Assembly: GCA_039189765.1 (NCBI GenBank)
Contig: JBCCYL010000003.1
Coordinates: forward strand, 32,001-96,000
Direction of reading: 5' to 3'
Length of the DNA stretch: 64,000 nucleotides
From: Cyanobacteria bacterium P01_F01_bin.150
Lineage (GTDB): Bacteria; Cyanobacteriota; Cyanobacteriia; CAKZMO01
Made by a program: the position numbers and the translations under genes. Each line of letters starts with the position of its first letter. The stretch's first letter is position 1. Positions 19,375 to 29,389 of this stretch are shown piece after piece. The notes under the pieces are model-generated. The model was not told where the DNA came from. It saw only the letters and a program-made list of their open reading frames with translations, and did no database searches.

Positions 19375-21149
19375 ATGACGTTTCCCAACCTTACCCTTGC
19401 TACAGTCCAGCGTCACGCCAATGCTAAATCCTACAGTCGAGGAGAAGCCTACTATCGTTCTGGCGCGGTGGTGTCCGTTACTCAGCGGCAGCAAACAGTA
19501 GAGGCAGACGTCGAAGGAAATGAAGCCAGACCCTATCGTGTCGTGATTGATGTGGATGGAGGTGGAGTCCCCAGGCACGCTGCTCTTGCCCCTACGCTTT
19601 TGAAGGATGGTGTAAACACATCGTTGCAACGTTACTGACCTGCATCCAACAGCCAGAATTGATTGAACAGCGCCCCAGCTTAACCGATTTACTGCAATCC
19701 CTTACCTTGGCCCAGGCCCAAGAATTGTTACAACGCCTAGTGGCTGACCAGCCGGAGTTAATTGAATCGGTGGATCGATACGTGAATGTGTTGAGTCAAC
19801 CAGACTCGTCTGTCACCCAACCATCCCGGCCAAAACGTAAAACGAGCATTAATACGACCACCTTTAACCTACGGGCGCGCGAGATTTTATGGAATGCGGT
19901 TCACGAGTGGGAGGATGGGCGGGACGATGATGATATTGGCTACGATATGAATGCTCTGATTAAAGATGCGATCGCCTTTTCTGAAGAGGGGGATAGCGCT
20001 AATGCCATGGCCGTTCTCCAAGCCATTACGGAAGGAGCTTTGGAAAACTGGGACGTGGTGGATAACTATTGTGGGCTAACGCCCCATGATTGCGAGGTGG
20101 ATTTTGACGGAGCTTGGGCTAAGGTATTTCTTAGTACAGATTTGACCGAAGAGGAGGTTCTAGAGTGGCAGGAGACCCTGGAAGGGTGGCTAGAGTTAGA
20201 GGGTTTTTCGATGGCCTTCGAAGCGTTGCGCCAGGGTTGGACCTATCCGCCTCTTGTGAGAGTTTTAGAAGGAGATCCATCAACCCCAAGAGCTTGGGCA
20301 GGGGAACCGCCGGATTGGGCAGATGATTTGACCAAAATCCGGCTCAAGATTTTAGACGAACAGGAACGCTATGAAGAGTATCTAAATCTAGCTAAAGTGG
20401 AAGGGTTTACCCAAGAGCATTTGACTATGTTGGGTCAGTTGGGGCGGGTTGAGCAAGCGATGACAACGGCCCAAACCGAAATGACGACGATGGCTGAAGC
20501 CCAGGCTCTGGCGGAAACATTGCGAGAGCAAAATCAACTGGAGCAAGCCCTAGAAATTACCCGAAAGGGTTTAGAACTGGAACAGGATAGCCACTACAAA
20601 GCCTATAATTTTGCGGTTTGGACCAGTGATTTAGCTGAAGGTCTGGCCCAGAATAAAGATGCACTGGATGCACGGATCAGCGCCTTTAAATTTAAACCCT
20701 CCTTTCAGGACTATGAGAAAATTGAGCAGATGGCGGAGGCCGATTGGTCGGAGATCAGACATGCTCTGCTCCAGCATTTGCGTAAGAGTAAAGAGTGGGG
20801 TTTGGAGGAAGCGCAGGTCGATATTTTTTTGCATGAGGGATTGGTGGAGGATGCGATCGCCGCAGTCTCCAAGTTAAGCCAATATCAGAGTCGAATTATT
20901 CTACGGGTGATGGATGCGGCGATTGATGCGCACAGCCAGTGGGTGATTGATAAGGCTCGTCCCTTTGCAGAATCCATTATGGACAGTGGTAAGGCCAAAG
21001 CATACTACGATGCCGTAGAGTGGCTCAAGCGAGTCAAAGCAGCTCACCATGAGCTGGGACAAGATGCGGACTGGTCGAAATATTATCAATCCTTAGCCCA
21101 ACAACATGGTCGAAAATACAAGCTGATGAGTCTGCTGAAGCAACTTTAG
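19375..21149 (+). pseudogene. SWIM zinc-finger protein split by a 1-nt frameshift near 19570
   Basis: ORF1 has SYSRGEAYY..VEG..PYRV; the second frame reads QARCSCPYAFEGWCKHIVATLL (SWIM CxC..CxH) straight into 19659..21149. Confidence 0.8.
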
Positions 21150-21181
21150 GTTACACTCCGTGTTTTGTAAAAGTCTCCCTC

Positions 21182-21757
21182 TTAAACGCGCAGCTCAAAT
21201 TCTGGCAAAACCTTTTCTCCCGACAAAACGGTGGGCATTGAAACCACCTCAACCGCTTGTCCCTGTCGATAAATCTCCACATGCTGGTCCTGGGGATTGA
21301 TCAACCACCCCAACCGCAATCCACTCGCCAGATATTCGGTCATCTTGGCCCGTAATTCTGACAACGACTGAGGTTTGACCACACCGTTTGCAGACACTGA
21401 TTGAGACCGCAACTCAATCACAAAATCTGGACAAATCGGCGGAAATCTGATCTGTTCTTCCCGTGTTAAGGCATCCCAGCGGTCTTGACGGACCCAGGCT
21501 ACATCTGCTGCCCGAGTCGAGCCAAAGGGCAATCTAAAGGCACCTTGAGAGCTAAACACTTTGCCCAATTTGGTTTGTCTATTCCAGATCATTACATCTG
21601 TAATCAAACCTGCTTCCTGATTACTACCTTCTCCTCCAACGGGTGACACCTCTAAAATTTCTCCTTGTGCGGTACGTTCCATCATTCGATCGGGTTTTTC
21701 GATGCAAAGCCGCTCAAACTCCTCCTGGGTCACATATCTAGTAGACGTTTGAACCAT
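21182..21757 (-). CDS. Uma2 family endonuclease-like protein
   Basis: ERTAQGEI..SPVGG, FPPICPDFVIELRS, GLRLGWLINP. Confidence 0.92.
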   Translation of the reverse strand: MVQTSTRYVTQEEFERLCIEKPDRMMERTAQGEILEVSPVGGEGSNQEAGLITDVMIWNRQTKLGKVFSSQGAFRLPFGSTRAADVAWVRQDRWDALTREEQIRFPPICPDFVIELRSQSVSANGVVKPQSLSELRAKMTEYLASGLRLGWLINPQDQHVEIYRQGQAVEVVSMPTVLSGEKVLPEFELRV

Positions 21758-21831
21758 CGTTCAGCCTTGGATTATGGTACGAATAGATCTACCCCAGTGT
21801 AGCTCCAACCCAGAGGAGTCAGGCTCTTAAA

Positions 21832-22557
21832 ATGAACATTTTTCAAGAACTCGATCGTCTTAAGACCCAATTAGACGCTCTGCGCCCCCTCGACCCAGGC
21901 TTGCTAGAGAATTTACGTGAGGTTTACACCGTTCGTCTGACCCACCACTCCACCGCCATTGAAGGCAATACCCTCACTGAATCAGAAACCCAAATTGTTT
22001 TGGATAAAGGCATCACCATCGGCGGTAAATCCCTACAAGAACATCTAGAGGTGATCAATCATGCAGAAGCCATTGACTTTGTGCGAGCATTAGCTAAAAC
22101 AAGTGAACCCATAAGTGAGTGGGATATCCGCCAAATTCATAGCCTGGTGTGTAAGGGTGATAAACGTTCAGGTGCCTACCGTGCCGTCAACGTAATGGCT
22201 GCGGGAACGAACTATCGCTATCCCGATGCAGTTAATATTCCCGATCTAATGGCTGAATTTGGACAGTGGTTGGCCCATCCTTCCCCCAATCATCCCGTTG
22301 AAACGGCCACCGAAATCCATGCCCGTTTAATCACTATCTACCCCTTCACTGATGGCAATGGTCGTGTGGCTCGATTGCTGATGAACTTACATCTGTTGAG
22401 AACAGGGTATCCGTTGGCAATTATTCAAGTGTCTGAAAGAGCAGCCTACATCGACGCTGTTGTTGCTTGGCAATTGGGGAACCCCACACCGCTAGTGCGT
22501 ATGGTGGCAAGTAGCGTCAAAGCATCCATCTTGGAAATTCTGAGCTTGGCGACATAA
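21832..22557 (+). CDS. Fic family protein with N-terminal inhibitory helix; catalytic His replaced by Tyr
   Basis: STAIEGNTL inhibitory motif; YPFTDGNGRVAR instead of HPFxDGNGRxxR. Confidence 0.88.
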   Translation: MNIFQELDRLKTQLDALRPLDPGLLENLREVYTVRLTHHSTAIEGNTLTESETQIVLDKGITIGGKSLQEHLEVINHAEAIDFVRALAKTSEPISEWDIRQIHSLVCKGDKRSGAYRAVNVMAAGTNYRYPDAVNIPDLMAEFGQWLAHPSPNHPVETATEIHARLITIYPFTDGNGRVARLLMNLHLLRTGYPLAIIQVSERAAYIDAVVAWQLGNPTPLVRMVASSVKASILEILSLAT

Positions 22558-22600
22558 GCTTCCCTGGCCAAGGGTTAGAGTCCGTAGGGTGGATATCGCT

Positions 22601-22805
22601 TGGGTTGTTCATTTGGTCTGCTTCTGGCATCCATTGATTCATGAAATTTCGGTGAACAATACCGATTGCCAATTGCTCTGCATCGGGCGCGGTTTCCGCG
22701 CCCCTACAGGGTATTTCGCCACGGTAGGGGGCAGGTCTCCTGACCCAACGCAGAATTTACGCATGAACGCTTTTGATCGTAAAAGCCACAGAATGCACAT
22801 TCCAG
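22601..22805. repeat. REP-containing ~205-bp element, copy 2
   Basis: GGGCGCGGTTTCCGCGCCCCTAC and GTAGGGGGCAGGTCTCCTGACCC; inverted homolog of 17984-18188. Confidence 0.85.
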
Positions 22806-22876
22806 GCACTGCTCACTGCGCTGGATGAGCGAAGTCGAATCCAAAATCCCACAGAACCTGCTAGCGTGTGAGACTA

Positions 22877-24334
22877 TCAGCGGTGGAAGAGAACTTGGGG
22901 AAGTTTGAGCTGGAGTTCGGTGTCTGGATCAAGACCGGGAATGGTGATGGACTCAGTGGTCTCGTGGTTGACCGAATGGCGCTCGGATTGGGTGGCGATC
23001 GCCACATAAGCCACCACTTCCGGCAAACCTTGGCTGATAGGAAATAGCTTGAGCAAATCCACCAGCGCCACCTCCGACGACACCTCCAGCATTTGGGCAA
23101 TATGATGGCCTAACACATCCTCATCCACATAGAATTGCTCATACAGCTCAGTGAGTTCCTCTTGTAAGCTCAGATCGATGGCGTTGGTATCGGCAAAATC
23201 AAGAGAAAAGGTCGGAGTTTCCGATTCCTCCAATGGGTGCAACGGACGCTCCATAACCAACTGAGTCGTGGGTTCCACTTCAAGCTCACTAAAGGACGCA
23301 ATAGAAATGACCTCCTCCTTCACCTGCACGGCCAACCGCTGTACGTCTGTAATCAGTTCCGCTACCCGCCGATTTTCCCGCAGGCTCCGCTCGTCGAGCA
23401 TTTGCCGTAGCTTTGCGGTCAAGCGGTGGTTGGACTGGACGATATATTCCCCTGCATCCAGCAAACTGCGCTCAATCCGACGCAATAGCCGATATTCTTT
23501 GGTGAGGGGCTGGAGTTCATCGAGCTGATACACCGTTTGGATCATGGTTTTCAGCTCCTGACGTTTGGTGTCGGACATCAGAAAATTCCAAAAGGCATAG
23601 AAACTGCGCCCCTGGTCCGACTCCTTTAGTTCCTGATCCGCATCCAGCACCCGCCCAATCACTGCCCCTTTACGAGCATCCTTGTCAAACTGAGCCTCCT
23701 GGACCTTGCGGGTCAGATTACGAAAATTTTGTTCAATGTCCCGAAAGTCAGCAATCAACTGACGGGTCACTTGGTTCGCTAATAAAAATCGCTCTTGTAG
23801 TTGGGTTTGACTGTACCGTTCGACCTCCCCCGTGCGGCGAATTTCATCAATCTCGGCCTGGATGCGATCGCGATCCCGTTCCAACTGGGCAATGCGGGTT
23901 TCTACATCGGTGGTGCTGCGTTCCTGGAGTTCTTTCAACAACGCAAAAATCTGCAAAAAGCGCGATTCTGCCCCGACAAATTCCTCTTGCACGTAGAGTT
24001 CTTCCACCCAGGCGATCGCCTTTTCTGCGGCTGGCGTTAGGGTAAAAATCGGGTCGTCCCCACTGTCGAACATCTTTCGCAGGAGTTGGTTATCGCACCA
24101 TTCTGCTAAATATTCGCGGGGTGACCGGGGATATTCATCTTCTGGATAGACCTCTTGGATAAATTCAAGATAGTCACCGAGGGCTGTTTCCAAGTCTGTT
24201 TGGGCGATGGACACCTGATGGGTTACTTTATACTGCTGATGCAAAAAGCTCAAAATTAGCGCAGCATTAGGACTCCTCAACAGTCGTAACTCCGCTGAAG
24301 CTTTTAGTTCATACTTAATTTGCTCATATTTCAT
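22877..24334 (-). CDS. jetA: Wadjet JetA (DUF3375)
   Basis: LRLLRSPNAALILSFL, LTPAAEKAIAW, SDQGRSFYAFWNFL, GLPEVVAY, LPQVLF; same strand as jetBCD. Confidence 0.9.
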   Translation of the reverse strand: MKYEQIKYELKASAELRLLRSPNAALILSFLHQQYKVTHQVSIAQTDLETALGDYLEFIQEVYPEDEYPRSPREYLAEWCDNQLLRKMFDSGDDPIFTLTPAAEKAIAWVEELYVQEEFVGAESRFLQIFALLKELQERSTTDVETRIAQLERDRDRIQAEIDEIRRTGEVERYSQTQLQERFLLANQVTRQLIADFRDIEQNFRNLTRKVQEAQFDKDARKGAVIGRVLDADQELKESDQGRSFYAFWNFLMSDTKRQELKTMIQTVYQLDELQPLTKEYRLLRRIERSLLDAGEYIVQSNHRLTAKLRQMLDERSLRENRRVAELITDVQRLAVQVKEEVISIASFSELEVEPTTQLVMERPLHPLEESETPTFSLDFADTNAIDLSLQEELTELYEQFYVDEDVLGHHIAQMLEVSSEVALVDLLKLFPISQGLPEVVAYVAIATQSERHSVNHETTESITIPGLDPDTELQLKLPQVLFHR

Positions 24335-24453
24335 AGGCCCGATGCCCTAACCTCTTTGGTGTGATGCGTTGGTATTTACATTAACCTCGTCAGGCTCTCT
24401 GGTACAGTGTTGGAATTAATTCTGGACGACTAATAATTTCGTCCAGATAAGGA

Positions 24454-26235
24454 ATGGCCCCAGCATTATCCCAGGAGATTGAGTTTATGAAATCAAACGT
24501 CATCAAGCAAATTAAGCCATTTGTAGGGAGTGTACTGGCTCTAATCGTGGCCTCTGCCTTGGTTGGATGTGATTCTCAACCCAGTGCGGACCTATCATCA
24601 TCTCCTGACTCTACTCCTGCTGCGGCAGAAAATACAGATGAGCTTAAGTTGCTCTATTGGCAAGCGCCCACCATTCTCAATCCCCACCTCTCCACAGGGA
24701 CCAAAGATGTGGAAGCCAGCCGCATTACCCTAGAACCCCTTGCCAGCTATGATGCCAATGACAATATGGTGATGTTCCTAGCCGCCGAGGAACCGACCCT
24801 GGCCAATGGTGGCCTATCCGAAGACGGAACCCGCGTGACCTGGACACTAAAGTCCGATATTAAATGGTCCGATGGCACTCCATTTACCGCTGATGACGTG
24901 GTGTTTACCTATGAGTTTTTGACCAATCCAGACGTAGGGGCAGCCAGCGCTAAAGCCTATGAGGCGATCGCCTCCGTCACCGCCACTGACGACACAACGG
25001 TGGAAGTTATTTTTAAGGAACCCAATCCTACTTGGTATCTGGTATTTACAGGCACAGAAGGCATGGTGCTGCCCAAGCATATTTATCAGGACTACAATGG
25101 AGCCAACGTACGAGAAGCGCCGGCCAACCTGATGCCCGTGGGCACGGGTCCCTATCGCGTTACAGAATTTAAGCCAGGGGATGTGATTGTATTTGAAGCC
25201 AATCCCAATTTTCGAAATGCGGACAGCGTGGGCTTTAGTCGAGTGGAACTAAAAGGCGGCGGCGATGCCACCTCTGCGGCCCGTGCGGTGCTGCAAACTG
25301 GGGATGCGGATTTTGGCTATAACCTGCAAGTGGAAGCGAGTGTTCTAGAAACCCTGACTGGGACCGGACAAGTGGTGGCAACCCCTGGCTCGGATATGGA
25401 GCGAATATTGCTCAACCAAACCAATCCCAATCCAGACAGCGGTGAGCGGTCGGTGTTGGGCAATCCCCACCCATTTTTAACGGATCCTGTGGTGCGTCAG
25501 GCCATGAACCTCGCCCTCGATCGCGACACCATTGCCACTCAGCTCTATGGACCCACTGGGGAAGCGACCGCTAATGTCGTGGTGAATCCGAAGCAGTATG
25601 TGTCCACCAACACGTCTTATGAATATGCTCCAGAGAAGGCGATCGCCCTCCTGGAAGACGCTGGGTGGGTGGATAGTAACGGTGATGGCACCCGCGATAA
25701 GGATGGAGTGGAATTAGAGCTTGTCTTTCAAACCTCGGTCAATCCCTTGCGTCAAAAAACGCAAGAAGTGGTGAAGCAGTCCTTAGAAGACATTGGCATG
25801 GCGGTAGAACTTAAGAGTATCGACGCCAGTATCTACTTCTCTGGTGATCCCGCCAACCCTGATGCGTTGGAGCGGTTTAATGCCGATATCCAAATGTACA
25901 CCACGGGCAATACGGACCCAGACCCGATGGATTATCTGCAAACCTTTACCTGTGGGGATATCCCCCAATCTGACAATAATTGGGTGGGGTACAATTCGGC
26001 GCGATATTGTAATTCTGACTACGATGCGATGTGGCAGGAGCTTCAGGCAGAACTTGATCCCCAAAAACGGGTTGAACTGGCGATTGCCATGAACGATATG
26101 CTGGTGGAAGAGGCTGTGGTGATGCCGCTGGTCCACCGGGCGACTACGGTAGGGGTGAACGATCGCCTCCAGGGCCTTAACCCCACCCCCTGGGATCTCA
26201 ACACCTGGAATATTGCTGAGTGGAGCAAGGAATAG
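24454..26235 (+). CDS. Peptide ABC transporter substrate-binding lipoprotein (SBP family 5)
   Basis: Lipobox LVGC, WQAPTILNPH, WSDGTPFTADDVVFT, GTGPY. Confidence 0.92.
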   Translation: MAPALSQEIEFMKSNVIKQIKPFVGSVLALIVASALVGCDSQPSADLSSSPDSTPAAAENTDELKLLYWQAPTILNPHLSTGTKDVEASRITLEPLASYDANDNMVMFLAAEEPTLANGGLSEDGTRVTWTLKSDIKWSDGTPFTADDVVFTYEFLTNPDVGAASAKAYEAIASVTATDDTTVEVIFKEPNPTWYLVFTGTEGMVLPKHIYQDYNGANVREAPANLMPVGTGPYRVTEFKPGDVIVFEANPNFRNADSVGFSRVELKGGGDATSAARAVLQTGDADFGYNLQVEASVLETLTGTGQVVATPGSDMERILLNQTNPNPDSGERSVLGNPHPFLTDPVVRQAMNLALDRDTIATQLYGPTGEATANVVVNPKQYVSTNTSYEYAPEKAIALLEDAGWVDSNGDGTRDKDGVELELVFQTSVNPLRQKTQEVVKQSLEDIGMAVELKSIDASIYFSGDPANPDALERFNADIQMYTTGNTDPDPMDYLQTFTCGDIPQSDNNWVGYNSARYCNSDYDAMWQELQAELDPQKRVELAIAMNDMLVEEAVVMPLVHRATTVGVNDRLQGLNPTPWDLNTWNIAEWSKE

Positions 26236-26249
26236 GATTTTCAATTACT

Positions 26250-27209
26250 ATGCCTGTTTATCTGCTGCGTCGTATCCTCTCCGCACTTCTTACTCTTCTG
26301 ATTATTAGTCTGATTATCTTTTTGATTTTGGCCCTGGCTCCCGGTGATCCCATGAGTGAGTTTGCCAACAATCCAGCGATATCAGAAGAGGTAAGGGAAA
26401 ATATCCGCCGCACCTTGGGGTTAGACCAGCCCATTCCGGTGCGCTATGTAAAGTGGCTCTGGGCACTTCTCCAGGGTGACCTAGGCTACTCGTTTACCAG
26501 CCGTAGTCCAGTGATCGGCCTAATTTTGCAGCGACTGCCCGTTACCCTATCGGTGGTGGGGACCGCCTATTTGATTAGCGTGCTGCTGGCGCTGCCCTTG
26601 GGGATTATTTCGGCCATCAAGCGCTATTCCCTATGGGACCAGGGGTTAACCACTGTGGCATTTTTTGGCATTTCCCTGCCGCCCTTTTTTACCGGGCTGC
26701 TGCTGATTATTATTTTTAGCGTGCAGCTTGACTGGCTACCGTTTATCTACGACAGCACCCTGACCGTGACCAACTGGAGCAGTTTTGTAGAACAGGTAAA
26801 GCAGTCAATTATGCCAATTGCAGTGCTGGTGGCGTTTCAAACGGCGGTGCTGATGCGCTATATGCGATCCTCCGTGGTAGAGGAACTGCCCCAGAACTAT
26901 GTGCGCACCGCCTATGCCAAGGGGCTAACGACCGCAGCGGTGATTGGTCGCCATGTCCTCCGCAATGCCCTAATTCCGGTGATTACCCTGGTTGCCCTGG
27001 ATATTCCTGCGGTGTTTACTGGGGCACTGATTACCGAACAGGTTTTTCGGGTACCGGGCATCGGCGCACTGCTGATTGATTCAATTTTGCGTAACGATAC
27101 CCCGGTGGTAATGGCGATTACGTTTATCTACGCTATTTTGGTGGTGCTTTTTAATCTGGTTGCCGATTTGCTTTACGCCTTTCTCGATCCCCGCGTCCAG
27201 TTATCGTAA
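26250..27209 (+). CDS. Peptide ABC transporter permease (DppB/OppB type)
   Basis: LAPGDP, GLDQP, QGDLGYS, YVRTAYAKGL..HVLRNAL EAA loop, YAFLDPRV. Confidence 0.93.
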   Translation: MPVYLLRRILSALLTLLIISLIIFLILALAPGDPMSEFANNPAISEEVRENIRRTLGLDQPIPVRYVKWLWALLQGDLGYSFTSRSPVIGLILQRLPVTLSVVGTAYLISVLLALPLGIISAIKRYSLWDQGLTTVAFFGISLPPFFTGLLLIIIFSVQLDWLPFIYDSTLTVTNWSSFVEQVKQSIMPIAVLVAFQTAVLMRYMRSSVVEELPQNYVRTAYAKGLTTAAVIGRHVLRNALIPVITLVALDIPAVFTGALITEQVFRVPGIGALLIDSILRNDTPVVMAITFIYAILVVLFNLVADLLYAFLDPRVQLS

Positions 27210-27236
27210 GGGACTTGCAAAGAAATAAGATACCGG

Positions 27237-27315
27237 ACGTAGGATGGGCAAAACGAACGTGTGCCCATCAAATCGTCTAGTTGATGGGCACACGTTCGTT
27301 TTGCCCATCCTACGT
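27237..27315. repeat. REPIN: perfect 35-bp inverted pair of GTAG-type REPs
   Basis: ACGTAGGATGGGCAAAACGAACGTGTGCCCATCAA, 9-bp spacer, then its exact reverse complement. Confidence 0.9.
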
Positions 27316-27343
27316 AAAATTGGTATGTTAGTTTTTTTAAGCC

Positions 27344-28270
27344 ATGTCCTCTTCTCCAACACCATCAAATACATCGCCTCCACCTGACCCCTCTGCTAAG
27401 TCCCTCACGCCGACCCTGGAGGCGCTCCAGCATTTAATTGACGTGGTTGCTCAACTGCGATCGCCCGATGGTGGCTGCCCCTGGGACTTGGCCCAAACCC
27501 CCGAGAGTCTTACCCCCTATGTCATCGAAGAAGCCTACGAAGTTGTGGATGCCATTCGTCAGGGCAATCCAGAGGAAATTACAGATGAACTAGGGGATCT
27601 GCTGCTCCAGGTAGTGCTTCAGGCGCAAATTGCCCAAGAAATGAAGCAGTTTTCCATTAAGGAAGTGGCAGAGGCGATCGCCACCAAGCTTATCCGTCGC
27701 CATCCCCATGTATTTGGCGATATTGCTGTGGACGGAGTGGAGCAGGTCCATCAAAATTGGGAAACTATTAAAGCTGCCGAGGAGGCCGCCGCAAAACAGC
27801 AGGCGAAGGCCCCCGATACCGTAGATGCCAAGCTGCTGGAGAACAGCAATCCCTCTCCTGAACTCACGCCTAAATTACGGAAGTATGGGCGATCGCTGCC
27901 TCCGCTAATGGCCGCCAGCAAGATTTCTAAGAAAGCGGCTGGAGCAGGGTTTGAATGGAAAACTGTAGAAGGCGTGTGGGAGAAATTTCAGGAAGAGCTG
28001 GGGGAATTGCACCATGCCATCGCCCACGAATCAAAAGAGCGGCAGCAGTCGGAACTGGGGGATCTGCTGTTTACCGTGGTCAATATCGCCCGCTGGTATG
28101 GCTTAGACCCATCAGAGGCGCTTCAGGATACTAATTATCGGTTTGTTAATCGGTTTTCCCAAGTAGAAGCGACAGCACGTCAACAAACGGGGCGGACCCT
28201 GGCAGACTTTTCCATTGAAGAGCTGGAGGAGTTCTGGCAGGCAGCAAAAACGAAACTGGCGAATTCCTGA
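27344..28270 (+). CDS. mazG: Nucleoside triphosphate pyrophosphohydrolase MazG
   Basis: LRSPDGGCPWD, EEAYEV, ELGDLLLQV, KLIRRHPHVF; second MazG domain ELGDLLF. Confidence 0.95.
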   Translation: MSSSPTPSNTSPPPDPSAKSLTPTLEALQHLIDVVAQLRSPDGGCPWDLAQTPESLTPYVIEEAYEVVDAIRQGNPEEITDELGDLLLQVVLQAQIAQEMKQFSIKEVAEAIATKLIRRHPHVFGDIAVDGVEQVHQNWETIKAAEEAAAKQQAKAPDTVDAKLLENSNPSPELTPKLRKYGRSLPPLMAASKISKKAAGAGFEWKTVEGVWEKFQEELGELHHAIAHESKERQQSELGDLLFTVVNIARWYGLDPSEALQDTNYRFVNRFSQVEATARQQTGRTLADFSIEELEEFWQAAKTKLANS

Positions 28271-28344
28271 GATATGGCTTTGGGCGAAGAATTGGGGCGA
28301 ATTGTTTACGATGGAAACGTTCTTGGCAATAGGAGGACTATCGG

Positions 28345-28980
28345 ATGGCCTACAGTGACTTTACGCTGGCAACCGTGAAAGCAACCTTTGGGCTTATTTT
28401 GCAAGAAGGACAGGATTTATTTGGCAGTGGTGAGGAGCAGGCTTTTATGGTGCCAACGCTGCCGCCATCCCTGCCATTAAAGACCCTAATGGATGACTAC
28501 TTGCCCTTGGCAACAGCGATCGCCACTGAAAAAGCTCGTTCTGAGTTTTTGATTGCCCCAATTTTGGCGGATATTCGACGCCAGTTAGACCATCAGGTCT
28601 CTCTGTTTTCCGGTAGCGATTTCTCGGTTGCTCCAGAAGATGGCCTGCAAGGGTTTTGTGACTACATCCTGAGCGCATCACCAGAACAGCTATTGATTAC
28701 CGCACCAGTGGTGATTATTGTAGAAGCAAAACGAGAGAATATTGTGGGTGGACTGGGGCAGTGTATCGCTGCGATGGTGGCGGCCCAGCGATTCAACCAA
28801 AAAGATGGAAAAGTTGTAGAGGCCATTTATGGAGTCGTTACGACAGGCACCAACTGGAAATTTCTGCGTTTGATTCAAAATACTGTTGAGATTGATCAGG
28901 TGGAGTACTTTATCAATCAGCTCGACCAAATTCTAGGCATACTGGCAAGTCCTTTTACAGGGTTTAATCAAACCGAATAG
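28345..28980 (+). CDS. Conserved cyanobacterial protein, PD-(D/E)xK-like fold
   Basis: MAYSDFTL, EKARSEFLIAPIL, VEAK..GLGQCIA, YGVVTTGTNWKF. Confidence 0.75.
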   Translation: MAYSDFTLATVKATFGLILQEGQDLFGSGEEQAFMVPTLPPSLPLKTLMDDYLPLATAIATEKARSEFLIAPILADIRRQLDHQVSLFSGSDFSVAPEDGLQGFCDYILSASPEQLLITAPVVIIVEAKRENIVGGLGQCIAAMVAAQRFNQKDGKVVEAIYGVVTTGTNWKFLRLIQNTVEIDQVEYFINQLDQILGILASPFTGFNQTE

Positions 28981-29278
28981 AAGGATTCATATCGCAAGGA
29001 GAGAACCAAGTAATTTCAAACGTCTCTTTAAGAATCCGCTGCTTTGTTTTCCAGTACAGATAGCAAAATCCACGGTTCCTAGGGGCATCAGCAAGATCGT
29101 CTGCCGCTAAAGCGTCCGCTAGGGCGATCGCCACCATATATTTTGCATCATCCTCAATCGGATCATGTAGAGCCTCGTTTCCAGGCTGACTATTGCGAGC
29201 GTGCTGGAGTCGCTGCTTTAGAGTTTTTTGGCGATCGCGTGATTCCACAAACCAGCGATACAGGGCATTAATCATCAT
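28964..29278 (-). CDS. Hypothetical protein
   Basis: 104-aa ORF with HDPIE, GFCYLYW..K..ILKE and WFSPCDMNP motifs. Confidence 0.6.
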   Translation of the reverse strand: MMINALYRWFVESRDRQKTLKQRLQHARNSQPGNEALHDPIEDDAKYMVAIALADALAADDLADAPRNRGFCYLYWKTKQRILKETFEITWFSPCDMNPSIRFD

Positions 29279-29350
29279 GAATTCGGCTTAGGGTTACACT
29301 TACGTTTATTTTCACAGAGATGGGCTTAAAACTTAAGCCGAGAAGAACCT

Positions 29351-29389
29351 AGCAGGATACTGGGGCGCTCAGCGCCCCAGTATCCTGCT
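29351..29389. repeat. Perfect 19-bp palindrome
   Basis: AGCAGGATACTGGGGCGCT-C-AGCGCCCCAGTATCCTGCT. Confidence 0.85.

Noticed and set aside
27201..27383. 60-aa ORF on the minus strand
   Set aside because: It runs through the REPIN palindrome and overlaps two real genes
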